DNA of 64,000 nt, taken from the NCBI RefSeq assembly GCF_006345805.1, contig NC_043021.1, forward strand, positions 20,956,001 to 21,020,000, read 5' to 3'. Position numbers and translations under genes: made by a program. The number at the start of each line of letters is the position of its first letter. Position 1 is the stretch's first letter. The notes beneath the pieces were generated by a model. It did not search any database. It was not told the origin of the DNA and saw nothing but the letters and a program-made list of their open reading frames with translations. Positions 24,745-36,855 of the stretch are shown here, piece after piece. This DNA comes from Octopus sinensis (taxonomy: Eukaryota).

Positions 24745-25412
24745 TACTACCCACAAGGGGCTAAACACAGAAAGGATAAACAAGGACAGACAGAGGGACT
24801 AAGTTGATTACATCGACCCCAGTGCATAACTGGTACTTAATTTATCGACCCTGAAAGGATGAAAGGCAAAGTCGGCCTCGGCTGAATTTGAACTCAGAAC
24901 GTAGCGGCAGACGAAATGCCGCTAAGCATTTCGCCTGGCATGCTAACGTTTCTGCCAGCTCGCCGCCTTTTGAAGATTTTATCCTTTATATATATATTTC
25001 TTTACTACCCACAAGGGGCTAAACACAGAGGGGACAAACAAGGACAGACAAACAGATTAAATCGATTACATCAACCCCAATGCATGACTGGTTACTTGAT
25101 TTAACGACCCTGAAAGGATGAAAGGCAAAGTTGACCTCGGTGGAATTTGAACTCAGAACGTAACAGCTGACGAAATACCTATTTCTTTACTACCCACAAG
25201 GGGCTAAACATAGAGGGGACAAACAAGGACAGACGAACGGATTAAATCGATTACATCAACCCAATGCATGACTGGTACTTAATTTATCGACCCTGAAAGG
25301 ATGAAAGGCAAAGTCGACCTCGGCGGAATTTGAACTCAGAACGTAACAGCAGACGAAATACTGCTAAGCATTTCACCTGGCGTGCTAACGTTTCTGCCAG
25401 CTTGCCGCCTTG
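24745..25412 (-). mobile_element. SINE family B cluster: monomer 24745-24968 and dimer 25003-25412
   Basis: Reverse complement of family B; dimer junction GACGAAATACCTATTTCTTTAC at about 25170-25191. Other family B copies at 9615-9845, 36720-36840, 37400-37620, 40050-40390. Confidence 0.9.
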
Positions 25413-25756
25413 GATAACATTCAAATAATGGCCAAAAGTGCGCACTGAGAAATTTTTCTTTTGTTGTCTTTCATTCAAAATTCTGTTTTTTGTTTAATAT
25501 TGGGTCAGACAAGTATGCAATCCAACTGGTTAACAGGCTGAGAGTGAGGGCGAGGATATAGTAACGAGAACACATCTGTGTTTCTTGTAACAGCCATGCT
25601 GAACTTTTGTAACAGGTAGTCCTTTGTGTACGTAGTCAGGTGTATGTAGCCGTAGCATTAGTATATTGAGATGTTGGTGGTTGAGATGTTGTTCAACTAC
25701 AATATTAAAATATTTTATGTTGATTTAATATCTGTCTGTCTGTTTGTCTCTGTATG

Positions 25757-25808
<52 letters not shown>

Positions 25809-25987
25809 CCTGTGTGTCTATATATATATATATATATATAGGCATAGTTGTGTGGTAAGGAGCTTGCTTCCCAATCACATGGTTCTGGGTTCAATCCAAC
25901 TTCTATTATGGCCTTGGGTCAACCAAAATCTTGTGAGTGGATTGGTAGATGGAAACTGAAAGAAGCCCGTTGTATGTATGTACATAT

Positions 25988-26019
<32 letters not shown>

Positions 26020-26322
26020 GTATGTATGTACATACACACACACATATATATATATGTATGTATGTACATACACGCACACATATATATATATATGTATGTA
26101 TGTACATACACGCACACACACATATATATATATATATATATACATATATATATGTGTATGTATGTACATATACATATATATGTATATGTTATTCAAAAAC
26201 TATGTCATTGTATGAAAAAAAAATTTATAACATTCTTCAGACATAATAACTCAAATATATATTTTTTAACCTTCTAAAACAAGCCTTCTGTAGTTTTTTC
26301 ACTTTTTACTATTTTCTCTCTC

Positions 26323-26932
26323 TATATATATATATATATAAGCTCAGTAAAATTTAGGTTCAATTGAATATGGTACTTAAGTTAAAGGCACCAGAATTTA
26401 GTATGGTATTATCCATATAATTCAAAATGGGGTGGTTATAATCAAAATAAGCAACAAGGATGTCCTGAGCTAATGCAGTACCATGGTTTTACTTCAAAAA
26501 AATCTTGATTTATGACTCTGCCACTTAAACTGTCTTTTTACCCTGTCCATAAAGGATAGATTCTAGTTTCTATTAGACTTGATAAACTAGCCTATAAATT
26601 AGAACTAACCCCCCACCCCCATTTGTAAATCTGAATAACAAATAAAATCAATGATAAGCAGTGTCTTCCTTTGAAATAAATCTCAGTTACAACTATGATG
26701 TTGTTGATGAAGCATGTTCTTTGTCTATCTACTTATCCTCTTTGTGATTTTGGACAATAAGAAAACTATACAAATGAATCCTTCGAATTTAACTAAATTC
26801 TATATTTTTATGCAGCTGAAGATTGCTCTACATTTTAAATTGATGTAATATTTGCATTGTTCAATTAAATGGAGTTGCATGAAACGATCGTACTGCATTA
26901 CCTGTTGCTTATTTTGATTATATATATATATA
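26323..26932. mobile_element. (TA)n-flanked non-autonomous element, probably Penelope-like-derived; relatives at 16937-17106 and 31350-31445
   Basis: Internal inverted TAATCAAAATAAGCAAC...TAATGCAGTAC / GTACTGCATTA...GTTGCTTATTTTGATTA; carries a hammerhead motif. Confidence 0.55.
26810..26898 (+). ncRNA. Type I hammerhead ribozyme motif, stem II partly decayed
   Basis: AUGCAG-CUGAAGA-[imperfect long stem II]-GAAAC-GAUC-GUA^CUGCAU; 6-bp stem I. Confidence 0.65.
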
Positions 26933-26968
26933 ATCAATTTCGCAGACGGAAACTGAAAGAAGCCCATC

Positions 26969-27009
<41 letters not shown>

Positions 27010-27504
27010 TGTATGTGTGTATATGTTTGTGTGTCTCTTTGTCCTCCCCAACATCGCTTGACAACTGATGCTGGTGTGTTTATGTCCCCGTAACTTAGCA
27101 GTTCGGCAAAAAGGAGACCGATAGAATAAGGACTAGGCTTACAAAGAGTAAGTCCTGGGGTCGATTTGCTCGACTAAAGGTGTTGCTCCAGCATGGCCAC
27201 AGTAAAAGAGTATTGTTTTGAAACAATCATGCACTGTCTTGTAGCATTGAGATTTTCACGATGTGATTGTGTATTTTTAGACTGACATTGTAGGGTAAGT
27301 GTGAGAGGCCAGATCTGGCTAGTATAAGAATATAAACAAGTTGAATATCTGGGCCAAGTCTGTATGTGTGTATTCATTTTAATCTTTTTTTTTAGCAATG
27401 CTAACAGCTGGAAAACGGTAATTGGTTCCATTGCTATCCTATGTGATTCAATACTAAAATTCCATCTCACCTAATGAATCTCACGCACAAAAAACTTCAA
27501 GGTG

Positions 27505-27892
27505 CAGGAGTGGCTGTGTGGTAAGTAGCTTGTTCACCAACCACATAGTTCCGGGTTCAGTCCCACTGTGTAGCACCTTGGGCAAGTGTCTTCTACTATA
27601 GCCTCGGGCCGACCAAAGCCTTGTGAGTGGATTTGGTAGACGGAAACTGAAAGAAGCCTGTTTATATATATATATGCATGTGTATGTTTGTGTGTCTGTG
27701 TTTGTCCCCCTAGCATTGCTTGACAACCGATGCTGGTGTGCTTATGTCCCCGTTACTTAGCGGTTCAGCAAAAGAGACCGATAGAATAAGTACTGGGCTT
27801 ACAAAATAATAAGTCCCGGGGTCGAGTTGCTCGATTAAAGGCGATGCTCCAGCATGTCCGCAGTCAAATGACTGAAACAAGTAAAAGAGTAA
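27505..27892 (+). mobile_element. SINE family A inserted into the left arm of a foldback
   Basis: Full consensus match; interrupts sequence that is contiguous in the inverted copy at 28358-28555. Confidence 0.9.
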
Positions 27893-28735
27893 AAGGAACT
27901 GAGAAGCAATGAAGCAATTCATGAGCTTCGGATGAATAAATAAACTCCATGGAGCACAGATGTGCTCCATGGAGTTTCTATGGGCTGTCACATAATTTTC
28001 ATCCCCCAAACTCACTCACAAGGCATTGGTAAGCCTGGGGCTATAACAGAAGACCCTTGCCCAAGGTAGATTGAGAATGAACCTGACACCGTTTGGTTGC
28101 CAAGCAAGCATCTTATTCACATGGCCCTTCCTCATGCCTATGAAGATTCTATTGTTGTTTCAATCCTTCTGATGTAAAACAAACCATTTACTTCCTCCCA
28201 CCTTTTGAGTCTGATGCAGTGAAGCAGAAAGAAAGCCTCTTGATGATGGAGTAGTAAAATGAGATTGTAATATTCATACATGATCACACACACACACACT
28301 CACTCATTCATACACACTCACATGTACACACACACATACGCACGCACACACACACACGTGCTCCATGGAGTTTATTTATTCATGCGAAGCTGATGAATTG
28401 CTTCATTGCTTCTCAGTTCCTTGTTGATGGTGTGTGAGATTCATTAGGTGAGATGGAATTGTAGTATTGAATCACATAGGATAGCAATGGAACCAATTAC
28501 CATTTCCAGCTGTTAGCATTGCTAAAAAAAAAATTAAAATGAATACATACATACATACATATACATATGTATATATATGTATATATATCAGCACGATGTG
28601 TATTCATGATGAATGTATATTGTAATGTGGTGATTGACGATTTAAAGTCTATTCTCAGCATATTGGCATAGAAATCTTTTTTTTTTTTCCCTTTGTTTAT
28701 AACTGTGCGTGTGTGTGTGTGTGTATATATATATA

Positions 28736-29965
28736 TCAAAGGGCCTTAGAATAAATGTAGCAAAGACCAAAGTATTAGTAAGCAGCAAGAGGTACTCAGC
28801 ACACACCCCCTCGGGTAGGTGGCCCTGCTCAACCTGTAGGAAAGGTACAGGTAGAAACTCCATAAGATGCACCCAATGTAAGTTATGGACACATAAGAGG
28901 TGCAGCAACATTAAAGGGAAATTAACAGATAAGATAGCTTTCATGTGCGGCAGATGCACAGGGACAATAGACACAACAGACACTCAGAAAACAGATTCCA
29001 TCACACTCCAGGGAGAGAAACTAGAAGTAGTTGATAGTTTCCGCTACCTGGGTGACCAAGTTAGTAGCGGAGGTGGATGCACAGAGAGTATCACCACTAG
29101 AATACGAATAGCCTGGGCAAAGTTCAGAAAGCTCCTACCCCTACTGGCAACAAAAGGTCTCTCCCTCAGAGCAAAAGGTAGATTGTATGATGCATGTGTG
29201 CGAACTGCCATGCTTCACGGTAATGAAACATGGGCTGTGACTGCAGAAGACATGCGTAGACTTGAAAGAAATGAAGCTAGCATGATCCGCTGGATGTGTA
29301 GTGTCAGTGTGCACGCAAGACAGAGTGTAAGCATCCTGAGAGAAATGCTGGATATAAGAAGCATCAGATGTGGTGTGCAAGAGCGACGCTTGCGATGGTA
29401 TGGTCATGTGCTGCGGATGGATGAAGAGAGATGTGTGAAGAAGTGCCACTCCCAAACAGTTGAAGGTATCAGGGGGAGAGGTAGACCCAGGAAGACATGG
29501 GATGAGGTAGTCAAGCATGACCTCAGAGCATTGGGCCTCACTGAGGCAATGGCGAAGGACCGAGATCTCTGGAGATATGCTGTGACTACAAAGACCCGGG
29601 CTGCTTTCTGCAGCAATTCCACATACCCCCTACCCATTCTAAGTACCCCGGATCCCCAAAGTACCCTGGATCCCCAAAGTACCCCGATCCCCAAAGTACC
29701 CCGGACCTCGTTGCCCCCGTGCCGCTGACACGTTAAAAGCTCGAACCGATCGTGACCGATGCCGGACCCTCCGGCCCCTGTGCAGGTGGCACGTAAAAAG
29801 CACCCAATCCACTCACGGAGTGGTTGGCGTTAGGAAGGGCATCCAGCCGTAGAAACTCTGCCAGATTCAGACTGGAGCCTGGAGCGGCCCCTGGCTTCCC
29901 AGACCCGGTCGAACCGTCCAACCCGTGCTAGCGCGGAAAGCGGACGTTAAACGATGATGATGATG
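28736..29965 (+). mobile_element. 5'-truncated RTE-type LINE: RT C-terminus with inserted PHD finger, plus 3'UTR and (GAT)n tail
   Basis: GLRINVAKTK, FRYLGD, MLHGNETWA, RLRWYGHVLRM, GRGRPRKTW; open frame continues into the GGCACGTAAAAAGCACC/GGAAGGGCATCCAGCCGTAG 3'UTR. Confidence 0.95.
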
Positions 29966-29983
29966 ATATATATATATATATAT

Positions 29984-31330
29984 ATTACAAATTGAGATAG
30001 GGGTTGTGAGTGCAACCCACCATAGGATAACATATATCCAATATACTGCTAGTAAAGGACCCAACAAATGTTAAGAATTGCGATGCAATTAATTCATTTA
30101 CTGTATTATATGGGCAAAGGTAAAATATTTTACCACAAATTAATAATACAAAATAAGAAAATGGAGAAACACATCTTAATCAATGATTAAGATGTGTTTC
30201 TCCATTTTCTTATTTTGTATATATATATATATATATACAAAATGAGAAAATGGAGAAACATACTTAAGTCAATCAATCATCAACCATTACATAACAGCAA
30301 TGACATTATACATAATATAATGTAAATATAACTGGACATGGAAATAGAAATATAAAATACAATTACATCATATCTGACAGCTGTTTCGGCCGTGAGGACA
30401 AGCATGTCTCATTTAACCTATAAGCCATATAAGGCAGGTATAAATGAGACATTAACAAGGATGTCCCACGGCCTCTTCAGAGAATTTAATATAAGTGTGA
30501 AAAAAATTTATATATAAATATAAAAATATAAAATATAAAAATGTGTGCATAGACACTCATAATTCTACACATATATATATATACACATTAATACAATAAT
30601 ACAATATAAACAAAATATATCAGTATACATTAACAAACACAATTATTTTCCATATTGGACTCATAGTTCCATAACTAACATCAAGGAATTACATGTACAC
30701 TCACATTTAAATTTAAATCAGACATATATATATATATATATAAAAAAACACACAGTCCAGTTCATTAAAATGTATAACCCTACAAAAAGTCAATAAAAAT
30801 TAATATTAATATTAATAATAATAATAATAATAATAACAACCATGATTGTACCATGTACAGCAAACGGACATCTACATATCAATAAGTCTAATTCATCTGT
30901 CCGCTTGATATTGATTATTCTAGATAGATTTGATTGGCTTATAGTTTTAAATTTGAATCACAATGGAAATTTTACGGTTAGTTAGTCAAGAAACGCACAT
31001 ACGCACACGCACATCCACAGATCCAGCTCACATACATACATAATTATATGTATACACACACACATACACCCATACACATACATAGCCACATACACAGCCA
31101 AATCATAAATAAATAAATAAATAATATAAGAGGTATAACCGTAACTATATACATGGAAAAAACAGAGAAACCCAACCGAATGCACATACATGCATGCAGA
31201 CATCCAGCCCCCCCAAAACGACATCAAGGCCGCGGTATTAACTAAGAAGATCCACACCTCTCTAGCAGTATATTGGATATATGTTATCCCATGGTGGGTT
31301 GAATTTTCAACCCCTATCTCATTTCATAAT
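29984..31330. mobile_element. Inverted-repeat-bounded, (TA)n-flanked element containing a hammerhead and a perfect 75-nt palindrome
   Basis: About 70-bp TIRs at 29984-30052 and 31262-31330. Confidence 0.6.
30373..30483 (-). ncRNA. Type I hammerhead ribozyme motif
   Basis: UCU-CUGAAGA-[GGCCGUG/CACGGCC stem II plus GGACA/UGUCC and a further 12-bp stem]-GAAAC-AGCU-GUC^AGA. Confidence 0.75.
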
Positions 31331-31482
31331 ATATATATATATTTATATATATACTCAAAATAAGCAACAAGAATATCCAAGGTAGTGTAGTACAATTGTT
31401 TCATGCTACTTCATTTTATTAAACACTGTAAGTATTACATCAGTTTTATATATATATACATATATATATGTATGTATGTATG

Positions 31483-31516
<34 letters not shown>

Positions 31517-31524
31517 TGTATGTG

Positions 31525-31920
31525 TGTTGTGTGGTAAGTAGCTTGCTAACCAACCACATGGTTCCGGATTCAGTTCCACTGTGTGGCATCTTGGGCAAGT
31601 GTCTTCTGCTATAGCCCCGGGCCGACCAATGCCTTGTGAGTGGATTTGGTAGACGGAAACTGAAAGAAGCCTGTCGCATATATGTATATATATATGTATA
31701 TGTGTGTGTGTTTGTGTGTCTGTGTTTGTCCCCCTAGCATTGCTTGACAACCGATGCTGGTGTGTTTACGTCCCCGTCACTTAGCGGTTTTGGCAAAAGG
31801 GACCAATAGAATAAGTACTGGGCTTACAAAGAATAAGTCCCGGGGTCGATTTGCTCAACTAATGGCGGTGCTCCAGCATGGCCGCAGTCAAATGACTGAA
31901 ACAAGTAAAAGAGTAAAGAG
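31525..31920 (+). mobile_element. SINE family A
   Basis: Consensus match. Confidence 0.9.
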
Positions 31921-34320
31921 TATATATCGATCACGCTTGAATGGCATGTAAAAAGACACCATTCGAGCGTGATCGTTACCAGCGTCGCCTTACTGGCACT
32001 TGTGCCGGTGGCATGTGAAAAGACATTGGAGCGAGGTCGTTGCCAGTGTTGCTCAACATTTGAGCGTGGCCGTTGCCAGTACCGACTGACTGGCCCTCGT
32101 ACTGGTGGCACATAAAAGCACCCACTACACTCTCAGAGTGGTTGGCATTAGGAAGGGCATCTAGCTGTAGAAACTCTGCCAGATCAGATTGGAGCCTGGT
32201 GTATCCACATGGTTCGCCAGTCATCAGTCAAATCGTCCAACCCTTGCCAGCATGGAAAGCGAACGTTAAACGATGATGATGATGTTTGTGTATACATGTG
32301 TATATATATGTGTCTGTGTATATATATGTATATTTTTGTGTGTATATATGTACATGTGTGTGTGTGTATATATATTTGTGTATACACATGTATGTATATA
32401 TTGTAAGTGTATGTATATCAGATTGGAGCCTGGTGCAGCCATCTGGTTCGCCAGTCCTCAGCCAAATCGTCCAACCCATGCTAGCATGGAAAGCAGACGA
32501 TTAAACTATGATGATGATGATGATGATGTGTGTGTGTGTATATATGTGTATATATATATATGTGTGTGTGTGTATATATATATATATAAATATATACATA
32601 CACACACACACATATATATACACACACACACACATATACACATCAGTAAGAGTACATGGTTTAGTGGTTAGGGTGTTGCACTCACGATTGCCAGATTGTG
32701 ATTTCAATTCCTAGACTCGGTGGTGCATTGTGTTCTTGAGCAAGACACTGCTATCATTTCGACACTGATGCAGGGTGCCCAGTGCACCTGTTCGGATAAT
32801 GTCGATTTGATGGAGGGAATGAGCTAATCTGTGGCCTGAACATTTGACCATTATAAACAAACCATTCATGCAGGTCATTCGGCAAAAGCTGAACACTCAT
32901 ATGTTGTCTTCAATGGAAGAGTCCATCATATATATATATAGGTACAGGAGTGGCTGTGTGGTAAGTAGCTTGCTTCCCAACCACATATTTCCAGGTTCAG
33001 TCCCACTGCATGGCACCTTGAGCAAGTGTCTTCTACTATAGCCTTTGGCTGACCAAAGCCTTGTGAGTGGATTTGGTAGACAGAAGCTAAAAGAAGTCTG
33101 TTGTATATATATATATATATATAAACATATATATGTGTGTGTTTGTGTGTCTGCGTTTGTCCCCACCACCATTGCTTGACAACCGATCTTGGTATGTTTA
33201 CGTCTCTGTAACTTAGCGTTTTGGCAAAAGAGAGCGATAGTCATAGTCCTGGGGTTGATTTGTTCAACTGAAAGTGGTGCTCCGACATGGCCACAGTCAA
33301 ATGTCTGAAACAAATAAAAGAATATATATATATATATAATATAATAAGAGTAAATAATATCTTTAATGGTTTTTAAAAAACCAACAATTATTTACTGGTA
33401 GATTTCGTATGATTAAAAGTGGTGCTCCAGCATGGCCACAGTCAAATTACTGAAACAAGTAAAAGAGTAAAGGAATATATCCATGTTCACATAACGAAGA
33501 CAGAGATGCGATGCAAGTGAACTCAAAGACCTAGTTTTAATAATATAATTTGCTGATTATTAACCTCATTATTGGTGTGTTAATGCTGTTTTGTTTCAAT
33601 GTCATACTGTACCATGGTATATATCAATTAATTTTTAACTAATTATATTGCAGAACACTCATATTAGCCATTCAGAAAACACGCAAAAGTCTGTTTACTT
33701 TTTGGTGTCAAAATTTCCATTGCACCAATTGCAATCTGGTCACCGACACAGTTCTTTCTTCTGTGTCTGGCTTGTGACAAGGTTGCTGGTTGCCGTATGT
33801 TGGTTCATCATCATCATCATCATCAGCGTTTAATGTCCATTTTCCATGTCTTCTACTATAGCATCGAGCCGACCAAAGCCTTGAGTGGATTTGGTAGATG
33901 GAAACTGAAAGAAGACTGTCGTATATATGTATATATATGTGTTTGTGTGTCTGTATTTGTCCTCCCCAACATCACTTGACAACTGTGAAAAGCCAGTCTT
34001 TTTCTCATGTGTGTGGTAGTGTAATGAGTGTGGCATTGTGAGTGTGATGTTGTGAGTGTGGGATTATGAGTGTAATGTTGTGAGTGCAATGTTCTGAGTG
34101 TAGAATTGAGTGCAATAATGTGAGTGTGGAATTGAGTGTAATATTGTGAATGTATTGTTGTGAGTGTGGCGTTGTGAGTGTGGCGTCATGAGTGTGGCAG
34201 TTTGACAGTTACATAGTCTATTTTGGTTTGGTTTCTCCGGCTGGATGCCCTTCCTAATGCCAACCACTCCATAGAGTGCACTCAGTGCCTTTTATGTGTC
34301 ACTGGCTTTAGTGCCCTTTA

Positions 34321-35130
34321 CAAGTCACCAGCACGGACGCCCTTCACATGTCACCAGCATGGACGCCCTTCACATGTCACCAGCACGGACGCCCTTTATG
34401 TGTCACCAGCACGGACGCCCTTCATGTGTCACTAGCACGGACGCACTTCACATGTCACCAGTACGGACACCCTTTATGTGTCACCAGCACGGACGCCCTT
34501 CACATGTCACCAGCATGGACGCCCTTCACATGTCACCAGCACGGACGCCCTTCACATGTCACCAGCACGGACGCCCTTCACATGTCCACCAGCACGGACG
34601 CCCTTCACTGTCACCAGCACGGACGCCCTTCACGTGTCACCAGCACGGACGCCCTTCACGTGTCACCAGCACGGACGCCCTTCACGTGTCACCAGCACGG
34701 ACGCCCTTCACGTGTCACCAGCACGGACACCCTTCACGTGTCACCAGCACGGACGCCCTTCACATTCACCAGCACGGACGCCCTTCACGTGTCACCAGCA
34801 CGGACGCCCTTCACATGTCACCAGCACGGACGCCCTTTACGTGTCACCAGCACGGACACCCTATACGTGTCACCAGCACGGACGCCCTTTACGTGTCACC
34901 AGCACGGACGCCCTTCACATATCACCAGCATGGACGCCCTTTACATGTCACAAAGCACGGACGCCCTTCACATGTCACCAGCACGGACGCCCTTCACATG
35001 TCACCAGCACGGACGCCCTTCACATGTCACCAGCACGGACGCCCTTCACATGTCACCAGCACGGACGCCCTTTACGTGTCACCAGCATGGATGTCTTTTA
35101 TTTGTCACCAGCACAGGTGCCTTTTATGTG
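34321..35130. repeat. 26-bp minisatellite, about 31 copies
   Basis: Unit GTCACCAGCACGGACGCCCTTCACAT; 26-aa periodicity in three frames. Confidence 0.95.
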
Positions 35131-35297
35131 TCATTTGCATGGGTGCCTCACACATCACTGACATAGCTGCCTTGTATACCAGCACTGACCACACCTATGA
35201 TTTCATTTAACATATCTTCTCAAGCACAGCAGTTCTAATAAAGCTTTTAAACTTCAGATAATAGTCTCCCATGTACATTTGATACATAGATATAAAT

Positions 35298-35490
35298 GTG
35301 GCCGTGGGTAAGAAATTTGCTTCCCAACCACATGGTTCTGGGTTCAGTCCCACTGTGTGGCACCTTGGGCAAGTGTCTTCTACTATAGCCTCGTATTGAA
35401 CAAAGCCTTGTGAGTGAATTTGATAGATGGAAACTGAAAGAAGCCTGTCATATGTATGTATATATATATTTTATATATATATATTATATA

Positions 35491-35522
<32 letters not shown>

Positions 35523-35730
35523 GTATTTGTGTATCTGTTTTGTCCCCTCACCGTCGCTTGACAACTGATGCTGGTGTGTTTACGTCCTCGTAACTTAGCG
35601 GTTCGTTACAAGAGACTGATAGAATAACTACTAGGCTTACAAAGAATAAGTCCTGGGATCAATTTGATTGAATAAAGGCGGTGCTCCAGCATGGCTGCAG
35701 TCAAATAACTGGAACAAGTAAAAGAGATAA
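35298..35730 (+). mobile_element. SINE family A
   Basis: Consensus match. Confidence 0.85.
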
Positions 35731-36009
35731 AAGACTATATATAAGTTAAACAAATGTCTGGTTATAGAGGGACTAATGATTTTGCATCCAAAAAGTGCTT
35801 TGTTTTATAGACAACTTGTCAGACCCCTGTGGCCATTGGTGCCTGATGAGTTGTCTATAAAGCCAAGTGCTTTATAGATGTAAAAATATCGGTCACTCTA
35901 TGACTGAGATATATATATAACTTTGTGTAAATGCATTATTGCTCTAACTTTTAGGGTATGTTTCTTTTTCCAGATATATGATCCACTGACAATATACACA
36001 CACATATAC

Positions 36010-36642
36010 TCTCTCTTTTACTCTGTTACTTGTTTCAGTCATTTGACTGCGGCCATGCTGGAGCACCGCCTTTAATCGAGCAACTCGACCCCGGGACTTA
36101 TTCTTTTGTAAGCCCAGTACTTATTCTATCGGTCTCTTTTGCCGAACTGCTAAGTAACAGGGACATAAACACACTAGCATCGGTTGTCAAGCAATGCTAG
36201 GGGGACAAACACAGACACACAAACACACACACACACACATATACTCTTTTACTTGTTTCAGTCATTTGACAGCGGCCATGCTGGAGCACCGCCTTTAATC
36301 AAGCAACTCGACCCCGGGACTTATTCTTTTGTAAGCCCAGTACTTATTCTATCGGTCTCTTTTGCCGAACCGCGAAGTAAAAGGGACATAAACACACCAG
36401 CATCGGTTGTCAAGCAATGCTAGGGGGACAAACACAGACACACAAACACACACACGCATATATATATATATATATATATATACGATGGGCTTCTTTCAGT
36501 TTCCATCTACCAAATTCACTCACAAGGCTTTGGTCGGCCCGAGGCTATAGTAGAAGACACTTGCCCAAGGTGCCATGCAGTGGGACTGAACCCGGAACCA
36601 TGTGGTTGGTAAGCAAGCTACTTACCACACAGCCACTCCTGC
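36010..36642 (-). mobile_element. SINE family A with a tandemly duplicated 3' half
   Basis: Two consecutive 3' halves (36010-36235, 36243-36420) followed by one 5' half. Confidence 0.85.
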
Positions 36643-36855
36643 ACCTATTTATCCTGCACATACATATGTATGTATGTGTGTATATTTTGAAATACATTAC
36701 TTCTTATTCTTTTCCACTCTAGGCACAAGGCCTGAAATTTTTGGAGTTGGGGGTGGGCCAGTCGATTAGATCGACCCCAGTACACAACTCGTCCATAATT
36801 CATCGACCCGAAAAGGATGAAAGGTAAAGTCAACCTCAATTGACACTAGATAGAG

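Noticed and set aside
34296-35210. Long ORFs of 227-304 aa
   Set aside because: Translations of a 26-bp minisatellite that is open in all three frames; no coding signal
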